Part shown: piece after piece, positions 24,401 through 36,400 of the stretch
How positions within the stretch are numbered: the first letter of the stretch is position 1
How the letters are laid out: each line of letters begins with the position of its first letter
Assembly: GCA_002633005.1 (NCBI GenBank)
Contig: NMRA01000095.1
Span: forward strand, 963,054-1,027,053
Length of the DNA: 64,000 nt
From: Phoronis australis
Lineage: Eukaryota; Animalia; Phoronida
Direction: 5' to 3'
The notes under the pieces: generated by a model
What the model was told of the DNA's origin: nothing
Database searches by the model: none
Seen by the model: the letters and a program-made list of their open reading frames with translations, nothing else
Translations under genes and position numbers: made by a program

Positions 24401-27400
24401 TCATTTTGAGGGCGGCAAGAAAACGTATCTTAGAAACTGCCCAACAATATCTCCCTTCAAAGAAACAGTAACAAATACTCCACGGCGGTTGGTAGTGAAA
24501 AAAAAACCTGTTTTCGCTTGACCAGAACCAAGCCAACATGAGCAATTTTGAGGATAATGCCTCTGCACAATTACCTGTTCTGGGTCGACTCACTTAACGT
24601 ATGCACACTATATGCATTACGCGCTAAGATAAAGCGTGCAGATTATTATTATTTACTTTCAACAAAATTGTGGTACATTGCTATCAAAATTCGTTGTTAA
24701 ATTACGATCATTTTTCATTAAATTTTGTTGAAGTTCCAGGGCGAAATCTTGCCGACAAATGCGTAGCTGCTGGTCTCGCAATCGTCGATAGGGCTTGAAT
24801 TCTTAAATAAGAATACAGCTTTGACTCAACAAATTACCTGAAATCCTCCTCAAGTTTTCCAAATAGCGTCTCTAAGATTTTTAAGTTCTTGTGAAGTCTG
24901 GATTAACTGCAGATTAAGTCCAAATCTACGCTAGATTGTAGCACGCAACCCGAGAAAAATCTCTGTGGGAACACATGTTGTTGTCACGTGACGTTTGTTT
25001 TGAAGTTTGTATGCGTGTGTGTGAGAGTAAGCGTGCGTGTGCTTGTCATCAGAGTTCATTTGCCAGAGTAATGTAATGATCTAGGTGTGCATTGTATCCA
25101 AAAAAAAAAAAAGTCAAGCAGTCAAGCAGAGCGTGTTTTAATATTTACGACTTAGCACTTGCTGGCCTCATCTGCTAAAAACGTTCGAGAATTTTTTCGG
25201 TAAGACCGACATGTCACTCATTGAGTCGCCGGGTGAGTGGATGCGTGACCGTAGTGTAACAGCTATTTCCCGGAAGATTTGGGGTGTAAGGGTGCGAAGT
25301 GGGTCATTTTGACCTTAAAAACACCAATTATGATTAGTTAAATAATTTCTCTTAAAAATAATGCAGAAGCTTTTTACGGTATTGGAAACTTTCGGAAATT
25401 AGTGCCAATATTTATTTGCCGATGCTATGTTACCCGATTAATCTTCGATGACAGTCGGTACATTATGCAGCGCGCGCTTCTTGGTCGCGTGCTAACACTG
25501 GTCGAGTTTTTTTTTTTAGTCTTCGATTCACGGTTTTCACATGCACAAAGAAGTTTGAGGCCGGAGAAGATCTGTACTGGAAAGAAACAATGCAATCCCG
25601 CTCTTTGACAAGTACGCTGTGTCTGTTTTCAAAGTCCAGACCCGCGTAGTGGGGCACATCCCTCGCAAGAGCAGCAAAACTTCTGCGTTCTTTTTGAATC
25701 GCGGCGTAAGTTTGAAGTGTATACGGACATAACGGTGAGGCTCGTGGTCCGTTACAAATTCAGGCTGTCGGATCTTTCAATTGATAAATTGGAGACGTTA
25801 GAACTGTAGGTAAGGGCATTTTTCGCATGTAGTTCATGGGCTGGGCGCTTACTTTAGCAAAGTCTGAAAACGCGTTGGGGCACTTGTTGAGCCATGGGCG
25901 CTAATTAGGGCGAATAGCGGCAGAATTACATACAGCAGCGTAGTTTAATGCACACAAATTACACGTCGTGCAAACCAGTCGGTCATCCCGTTTACCATCA
26001 ACAATCCCAGTAGCCTTTGCGCACCCTAATTTCCGGACATGCGCAATCGTTAAATCGATTCGGTTGCAACTCCGCTATTGAATACTACAATGAGGACGTG
26101 CAATAATCCCATGTTTAACAAACCGCACTGTACTGACATTTATACGATGCGAAATTTAAGACGTAGAATTTGAAGAAAAACGACATCTTTAATTCAGTAA
26201 AACTTATCTACCATTTTCTCTCACTTGAAAATCATCGATGATGTCGCCAGGAATCTTACTCGGACATTATATTAGTAACCAGTATTAAACTTATTTAGCA
26301 AACGATATTTTCCCGGTGGGAGCTCAGCAAGATAAGATACATATATGCAGTAAGCTAGCCTATTTGCTTGAAACTTTTATTTAATACATTCGCTTTATTT
26401 CTGTTTTGTTCAAATTTCCAATTGGTTTTGAGTAAAACCATTATTTTAACAAAATTGACGGCGATAATTCTCCACTCGAGACTTAAGACTAAGGGGATAA
26501 TGAGTTTGCCATGAAATAATATCTATCTATGTCTGGGTCCATGTATACATGTATGTATACATGGGAGCGTGTATTAACATTTATTGTGTCGTTTGCATGT
26601 TTAGTCATTAAATCGGGTCAAACTTTCATTAGATGCAAAAGTATTACAAGTACTAGTAGCGAAAGCGAATCTTCAAAGCAATCTTGCCTTCTCAGCCTGT
26701 TAGTTGTCTGTGATGTTCTAAAATGAGTTCTGTTGTGTGTGGTTGTCTGTAACTGATTCCACATAATTTGGCAAAAATGTGTTGACTAATTTAAGGTAAT
26801 GTCTTTTCCAACTGCGAGTAACATCACCTATGAGTCTGCGAAGACTTTTTGCGAAAATTACGTGTACAACTCATCCGTAGCCAAGACGTGTGGAGAGGTT
26901 GCAGAGATAAACTTTTCGGAGAAAGTTGGTAGCTGTGTCGAAGACATTAAGGTAAACATTATTCGGAGATGACACTCCGGCTTTGTGATACGATTCTTTT
27001 TAATAAGGCTTGGGTCTTTGGAAATGTTTTTAAAGCTGCACTTTATCCCGTTAAGTTGACTAAAAACAAAACTTGAACATGATCTATTATCTTGATGGCA
27101 AGAAATGCTCTTAATTTAGCGTACGATTGCCATGATCGGCAGTCTTCCTCATGTGTCTGTTGCTGACTGTAACTGGTTACTGATACAGTTCGTGCACAGT
27201 CAATGTCTTGATGGTGGGGTTCTCACTGCGTAGTATTATCAGACTCCTAGTTGACATGGTAACCATAACTATGTACACGTACGTAAAATGATGTTTTCCT
27301 TTATTTAATGCACCAATTATTCCCGTGAACAATGGCATGACGTCTTTGCAACATAGGGCAAAACACACCTGCTGTCATCACATGTAAAAATCTTCTCAGG

Positions 27401-30400
27401 TGACACTGTCGGAACTCAAAACAATCTAAATTATCTGCCTCAATCATGCGCGCACCCAGCCTTCAATATGGGGGGTCTAATTCCCGATGTTGTGGACCTT
27501 CTGCTAACAAAAGAGGGGGCGGACTGAAAAAAAAAACTTGAGCACCACTGTGAATTGCAAGTTTGTGCTTGTTTAATAGGCTTTTGTCCCGTTTTCTCGG
27601 ACTTTTTGTTTCTCGGAGACGGACCTTTTTGCACACTTCGCAAAATAAGTGGGCTCGTTTGAGCACCCGGAGCCCTCTAATGGGTACGCTCATGTAAGTC
27701 ATGATTCAGTAAAGGGAACATTTGTTTCATTCTAACATATTCATAAGTTTTATATCTTCTCATGTGTTTCTTGTTCTATTGAAATTTGAATCATGCTCCT
27801 TCCAAAATGGCGGCTGATAAAAGAAGAAAATAAACATAATTGTGGATGTGCTCTTCTGTCTCATCGAAAATTTCTGTCGCCTCCCCTTCATCGCAAAGTA
27901 CTGTTAGCTTGCCACTTGTTTCAACCCCCCACCCCGAGTCCCCGGTTACCCAAAAACTTTGCATTTGGTTCCGCTCTTGAACACGTGTGGCAATGCCTGA
28001 GTGTTACTCTTAACCAGGTTGCATTGTGGGCAGAAGATTATTTCCATCACTCGACACATTGAGAACTCCGATTATTCCATGACGTCAGACGTCAGACGAC
28101 TACGATTCGGAAATATGTCGTCTTGCTGGAAAGGTCCGTTATAAATTGGGCACCGAATTTGAGTTTCTGTCAGTTTTGATTTAGTTATTTAGAAAGTCAA
28201 GGGAATTTACGAGTCTGATAGATGTCGCATTGGTGTATCGTATTTACTACTGACGTCAGCGCAGTATACAGACAGCAGGGTTACCAAAATGCAGTGCTGT
28301 TATTATGCGGACAACATTATAGCCGCTGGGTTGATATCAGTGTGGAATTAATTATAAAGGCACTTATCATATTAAAAGATAATTGCAGGCGGTCTGATAC
28401 ACGTTGTACCTGACGTACGCAGGCCGCTTATATGGGCCCAATGCATTAATCACCTGGAACCAGTTTCGTGCTTTATCTATATATAGCTGAGGAACTAGAA
28501 ACCGGACTCAAGGGTTTTGCAAGAAAGTGGGAACCTATCACACAAGGCCACACTGCCAGCATTAGTTGCTAAGTCGTTTGACGTCATTTCTATGAACAAT
28601 CATGAGCCGATATCGACATAGGTGAATTCTAGTCTCAGGGTAGCGCAGGTTCAACTTTCTTGTTCCATGCTAATAGTGTGACCGAATGTTTGTAGTCCTC
28701 TACGAAAGGAAATTTTTGGGTTCAGTTTAACCACAATCCAGAATATTCTGAGATTCATCCAATCATTCTACTAGAATGTTCCCGACAATGGTTCTTGAGA
28801 AGGCTGTCACTACAGTTTTCAAAAGAAATACCCAGAAATCTCACGATTACACGGCCACACTTGTACTCAACGTACACGTATCGTTCCCAACTAAGTCACA
28901 CAGATAACAAGCTTTGCCTGATGGACACCACACAAGCGAATGAATGAAATAAATAGTATTATCAACGGTCCAATTTAGTCATTAATTTACCAGACTCTTC
29001 AAGAATATTCACAAGTATTCTTTCTGATGAAAGCATTTAGGCGATACACTTGCTTGACCGAAGTGACAATAAGTGCCAATTAGTGGTAACAATGCACGTG
29101 AAACGCAACTAAAGTTAACTAATATAACTATTGCCTTTGTACATGTAACTTACTCTCTTAGCATAGACAAGGTAACCATGTTAACTGTTTATTGCTTAGT
29201 CAGTCTGACCACGCCTTTTAAGAAGATTTAAGATATGTTTGAACCTTCAGCTCACAGACTCCATGGAGTGGGCGACCACTGCGCTGATGACAATCCAAAA
29301 AGAATGTATGAACGAGCTTGAACGAAATACAACCATTTGGGAAGTCGACAACTCGACGGCGACAGCCAATAAAACAACGGGCTCTGGCAACGCGACCAAC
29401 AGCAATCTTGCAACTGTGGCTTTTAAACTTCCATCATTCGTAACGAAAGTACTGTGCCCAAATGACTGCAGCTCCCATGGTAAATGCAACGACGGTGAGT
29501 AGCCTAGTGTGACAAACAGATAACAGTAACGTTTTATCGCTTCATTGATGTAGCCTGCAAGAAGGCTTACTGTCAAATAGCTTTGGAAAAGTATGTCAGC
29601 ATCCGAAATCATAACTAATTTATGCACTTATCAACGTAACAATAATCCTTTATAAGAATGGTTATCCTTTAAGATTTCCTACCAGTTTAAAACTCAAAAT
29701 ATCAAAAGAATCGATGTTTATGGGCAGAAATTGGATTCACAGTGGTGCAACTTTCATGTGGTTAACGAGTAATGGTTTTTGCTGACAAACGTTACTAACA
29801 TTAGCCTGTGCTTTAAATAGGTTTGTGCCTTTGTGACGATGGATACATTGGAGGAGACTGCTCAATGGAGAAAGCAATACCGCCGGAAATCTTCGCCATT
29901 CCTCAGAATGGTTTATGTGACGTCAAAAGCCGACCTTGTGAGGCGACCCCAGTGTACGGAGACAAAATTGTTGAGTCGGAAAATCTCACTTGCCACATTG
30001 ATTACTTAGAGGTATGATGTACTGAGTGGTAAGCCCGTTCAAAAGTTTATGATACAAATATGATGTTTTATTTGACATCCGTACTGCTTTTCATTGTTAC
30101 ACGGATCCTAAGGCTGTGTCAGTACAAATTTATTTAAGGTTTGAATTGAGTATCATGGCTGTTTTATTAAAATCAGTTATTTTTAGTCTAAAGCAAGCAG
30201 ATTAGAGGAGGTTCAGCTATTTTGATTGCGCGACCTTTTCTCACATTAATTTTATCTTATCAAGAGATATCATTCCATCACTTGCCATGTGAAATTCATG
30301 TTTATCTACTTCATCTTCAAGGTTACATTAAAGGGAGCCATTAACGTCACTGGTGAAAAGGCTTTAACAAAAGGAGAGTTTGAAACATTTAACGAAGTTT

Positions 30401-33400
30401 TTTGCCCGCTGCCCAAATCACGCGTACGCCGTAGCATCGACGAGAAAGCTTCTGTCGGAATCCCGGTCACAGGTTACTATATTGGGGTCAGTAACGATGG
30501 CGTAGCAGTGAGTCAGAAGGTCATGTTCGTCTCTTACGATTCCGTCTGTATTTCCTGCAACGCGTCAGGCTTCTGCGTTAAAAAGGTACTAGGTTCCACA
30601 TGTGTTCGGTCACATACAATTCTATAAGGTATGGCAAGAGGGTGGGGACAGCTACGATTTTCCAACTAATAAAATGTCACGCTGTCCTTGAAATGGCTGC
30701 CAAGGGGGATTTGGTCGTGTCTGAAGGGCGCCCTGCCTAAATACGCCTCAATGTGTAGCCCTATCTGTCACATAATGATCTCATTTTCTCCAGGTTGAAA
30801 TACGTCTTCTTCGTTTTTTTAGCAACGCGTAACAGGGAAATTTAAATGCGTTTATTAAAGTTGAAACGAATGGTCTTCTTATCACAAAGTCTTAGGAATC
30901 TCCACCTTTTAGTTGGAAGTGTCAGCAGTGAAACTATGATAGCAATTGATAATTTGAAGGCAAATGATGGAGAGTGACGGTAATGTCAGTTTCGAAAATG
31001 GGCTCGTTCCATCAATTACGGGCAAAATATGTAGGTGAAAGAAAAATGCCCTAGCACTGAATATAGAGGCCCATGTCAGTAAGGATCACCGCACTCGCAA
31101 AATTTTATTGGGAACTTGACGGTTGAATGTAGCCATGAGACAGTCGTGTTAGAGTTTGACGATGAGTCTTTGTTACTTTGCGCGGTCATACAAGCATATG
31201 GTGTTTGTAAGCGAGGGTCTAATAATTTACCAAATGCAATAACAGTGTGTTAATCATTTCAGAACAACTCTTGCTTGATTGGAGGTTTCTGTTATGCCCC
31301 TGAAGAAGCCAATCCAGCCAACGCCTGCGAACAGTGTTCTGTGACAACGGACGAATATGGCTGGACGCCCAAATACGTGAGTACACATTTAATAAGTATT
31401 ACTTACTGCATTCAGTTACACATGTATGTTTGCTACTAAAGATGACGACGATGATTGGATTACATAACGAGGATAATGGCCGGCTTCGATGGCGTTCGGG
31501 ACTGAAATACTTTACATATAACGCGGTTTGGATAGAAGTCATGATACTTTTGGGTTTTGTTTATGATGGATGACCTTTAAACGGCCACTGTTTTGTTTTC
31601 GAACAATAAAAGGATTTGATTTATGCGATACATTGTTGGGTCCTTGTTTTACGAAAGGTGAGGTCTAAGTAAAAGGATAGATTTCTGGAGAAAATTATAT
31701 TTTTAGAAACAGTGAGTAGAAAAAACGGTAATGAAATTTATTGTCGTTAATTTTGCAATCAGGGATCTCAGAATTGAAAAATAAAAAAAATTCCTGTTTT
31801 CCCCAGTTTTTTTGTTTGTCATTTTGGTTAAAAGAAAGGCCAGTACCCGCTTAAGTCCCTGGATCCGCCTATGCGATTGAAGGTGGGTTCTTGTCCATTT
31901 TCATTCTCTGTTTGTAATTCTACTCCAGCAGAAGACGGTGTTTCCCAAAAGTTTTACTTTTTCATTGTTGTTCAGTCACGTGTTTCCTGTTTGCAGAACA
32001 AATCTTGTCTGATCAACGGTGTATGTTACGAGAACAACCAAACAAACCCCAACAACGACTGTCAGCTGTGCTCGTCCAGCAAAGATACAAGTTCTTGGTC
32101 ACAAAAATTCGTAAGTTTCATTTCTGTTTTTGTATTTTCAACACACGCTAAAATTTTGAAGAGCAGTCATTCTTTTACTTATGGGTTGCTTCAAGGGTCA
32201 CTCAGAGTTCCCGATTTATTAGTTGGTACTTCAAAGATATCTGGACCCAGACTCCTAGTCCAGATGCAGTCGGCGTAATAGACAACTTACTGTGTGGCTG
32301 GCATGGCGCTGTGTAATGTCTTCCTTCCCCCAGACGATATATTTACCCACAATGCCGCAGTGTCCGTCAAGCACGTTGGTATACTCGTTTTCACGCCATT
32401 GAAGCTCTTTGCTGTTGTAAACGTTTTACTTACAAGACTTTTCTCTGTCGCAATACTGCATTTGTACATGTAATTCCAATGCCTACGAAGTATTATTGTT
32501 GTTCACGTACTACTTACAAGACTTTTCTATGTCGCAATACTGCATTTGTACATGTAATTCCAATGCCGTCGAAGTATTGCTGTAACTAGTCCGACGGGAA
32601 AAATGTGATGAACTTGACAAAAATCCATGGACTCGTGAATTTAAGTTTTCGCCTTATCGAAAGTGATCTGCGAGTGGATAAGCAGCATTTCTGATGTTGG
32701 GGTAGTTACTTTCTTTTACTGATAAGGTTGGTTTATTGTACCTACCGTATACCCTACTTCAAATAATAATAATTATTTTGTGGAAAATGCCAAGCCTCGT
32801 GCAACTTTGTTCATAGTGAATTACATGTACATGTGCTTGTGATAGTACTTGTACAAAGAGATAAGTTCTTCGCAATTGTTAGTTTTGCTCATCTGTTTGT
32901 ACGACAAATACCTCCACAACAAGGCATGCCCACAGATGCCCACACGGCGTATCGTTCATCATCCTTTCACATGCCTGATCTGATGTACAGGTGGCGCTGT
33001 GATGGAGAATACTAAATCACACAGTCACCGAATGGCGAAAACGTCTCGTCCACGAGTTGGCTAAGCACGCACGGTGACAATGAAGGACTTCATGCGCATT
33101 GCTACTGCGATGATTGCAGGCACTCGTATATTTCAGTAAAAAACGTACAAGTTGAAAAGATTAATTTCTTGTTGACTTAGCAAAGACTGAGTTTCATTAT
33201 GTAGACTTGTAATTAAGTGTTGATTATTCGTAGGATGCGTCATGTCTGATTGGCGGAACATGTTACGTTGAAGGACACACCAATTCAGCCAACGACTGTG
33301 AAGTGTGTTACTCAGCTACACTCTCAAACGCATGGACACAGAAATATGTACGTGGTGCAAACTTTAATTGTCTGGTTAAGTGCATGTCATTTGAGTAAAT

Positions 33401-36400
33401 CATGTATTGTACTTAAGGGGCTACAAACCCGCCTTCCATTACAAAAACAACAACTTTTGACTTAGACCGCTAACGGTTATGAAATCGGCTTCAAATTGTT
33501 CCTTAGTGGAATTAGAGATGGTATCCTTATTGATTGAGATCAGGCGTGTCAATTTAAGAGCCGATCTGGGAAATAACGAACTGCCAGCTTTTGCCAACTC
33601 TGAACCACATATTGTTTGAATAAAGGACACCGGAGTACACAGTTTATAGCGGTGGGGTAAGTTGCTTAAATCAAGTTCGTTTCTTGGACGGAACACACTA
33701 CATGTGCAATAGTTTCTGTTGATCTCGCAGCAATACTACTGTACCTCTTAGAATGTTATTTGAAGAATAACTGGGACAGATCGCTTATCGATTTTTTTCG
33801 TCTTGAGGTACAAAATACGTTTAGGGAACAGAATTTGGCTGTCGTCAAGAAGTATGCGTAAGTCACTGCTAGATTAGATACTACATGCAAACAGATATGG
33901 AAATTGTAGAATGGCATTTTGTGACACCTACTGACTAAAATGTTGTCGTAAAATAAAAAAACAGGTTGTAAATATAGTCCCAGTTTTGATTTACAGCACG
34001 GTATACTTTGAGCATTTGAACAAGTTCACGATAGCATGATAATGCTACACGGTTTATTTTTTATTAAACCAGGCTTCTTCGTGCTTAATTGAGGGAAAGT
34101 GTTTTGCAAATGGATCAAGAAATTCCCTGAATGACTGTGAGTTTTGCTCACCAGCAACGAAATCTTCACACTGGACTTTGGACGAAGGAAGTGAGTGATC
34201 TCTAGATATGTCTGAGCGCTAAACTAGGCATTATCGGTTCAGTGTGGTCTAGTATTGAATGCCATATGTTGCGGGAATCAAAACTTCAATGTGCCTGTCG
34301 TAACAGTGATTCGGAATTTCTGCGGCATGTTTAAATTTGCAGTACATAGCAAAAATCTCCAGAATTTGCGACATTGCCTATAGAAGAGGAAATTAACTGG
34401 CGAAGTTTTTTTTCCATTTGTGAACGTTGTGTTAAAATGAAATAAATCTACATATGGTAAATGGCAACATAGATGGACCGGCTTGTACAATTTCTGCGTT
34501 GGTTGTCTATTTAGAATACATGTAACTCAAATACACTAAACGGAATCATCAGACTGGAGCTTGGTAGCACTGAGAGGGTTCATCTATTCACGTCGATATG
34601 TACGTACCTGCTTGGTTAACGTTTTCGACCATCGGATACCGTGGTCTTTCTCAAACTGATTGGATTTAGTGTGTGACGTAAGGAATGACGTCACGAGGGT
34701 AAAGATGAGCGTCCTTGAGCAATGCGGTTAATGAGGGGTACAGCTGGAACTGACCACAATTTCTATTCATGCATTGTTTGCCACTGTTCTTGATATAAAC
34801 AGACTCCGTTATCCATCTGGAAATCTTGAACCCTCTCAGTGTTCATAACGTAAATAGCCTTTAACAGATTTTCAGTCGTATTTAGGAATTTAAAGCATTA
34901 TTTTAATTCCTTCTAGCCTGAAATCTACCGTAATTGCACTGATCTTTATGAAGTGATCGACTGGATTTAATGATGACACCACATGACTAGAGTGAAAAAG
35001 ATGCAGACTGCATTGTCCGCAATACTTGTCACACGATCTTTATTTCATGACGTACATTTATCAACTTTACAAACGGTAAGATGTACGACAACAACCCACA
35101 ACCTGCCAGGAAGTCAATTCATGAAACTAGTTGAGTTTAGACTAACTCTTCACGACAATTTGTAAAATTAAAATTATTACCTTCTGCAGATTCAGTATCA
35201 TCTCGATTTTGGTATTTTTTAGTTTCTGGGTGTGCCGTTACTACGAAAACTCTTGTCCAGTCTACCAGCCAAGAGGTTGGAAACCAGCAAACCTCTATCA
35301 CAACAGTTCTCACTTCGGAGGGTGGCATTGAAGGAGTTGATACTACCACTGGAACAGGTGTAGGTGATACATCTACTGTTGTTAAAACCACATCTCGCGG
35401 CATTGGAGGAGTTGATACGACCACTGGGACAGGTACAAGTGATACATCCACTGTTGTTGAAATCACATCTCCTGGCATTGGAGGAGTTGATACGACCACT
35501 GGGACAGGTACAAGTGATACATCTGCTGTTGTTGAAACCACATCTCGCGGCATTGGAGAAGTTGATACGACCACTGGAACAGGTACAAGTGATACATCTA
35601 CTGTTGTTGAAAACACATCTCCCGACATTGGAGGAATTGATACGACCACTGGGACAGGTACAAGTGATACATCCACTGTTGTTGAAATCACATCTCCTGG
35701 CATTGGAGGAGTTGATACGACCACTGGGGCAGGTACAAGTGATACATCTGCTGTTGTTGAAACCACATCTCGCGGCATTGGAGAAGTTGATACGACCACT
35801 GGAACAGGTACAAGTGATACATCTACTGTTGTTGAAAACACATCTCCCGACATTGGAGGAATTGATACGACCACTGGGACAGGTACAAGTGATACATCCA
35901 CTGTTGTTGAAATCACATCTCCTGGCATTGGAGGAGTTGATACGACCACTGGGGCAGGTACAAGTGATACATCTGCTGTTGTTGAAACCACATCTCGCGG
36001 CATTGGAGAAGTTGATACGACCACTGGAACAGGTACAAGTGATACATCTACTGTTGTTGAAAACACATCTCCCGACATTGGAGGAATTGATACGACCACT
36101 GGGACAGGTACAAGTGATACATCCACTGTTGTTGAAATCACATCTCCTGGCATTGGAGGAGTTGATACGACCACTGGGGCAGGTACAAGTGATACATCTG
36201 CTGTTGTTGAAACCACATCTCGCGGCATTGGAGAAGTTGATACGACCACTGGAACAGGTACAAGTGATACATCTACTGTTGTTGAAAACACATCTCCCGA
36301 CATTGGAGGAATTGATACGACCACTGGGACAGGTACAAGTGATACATCCACTGTTGTTGAAATCACATCTCCTGGCATTGGAGGAGTTGATACGACCACT

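Noticed and set aside
24099-24593. 164-aa and 122-aa ORFs
   Set aside because: They lie inside a non-autonomous repeat and show no recognisable motifs.
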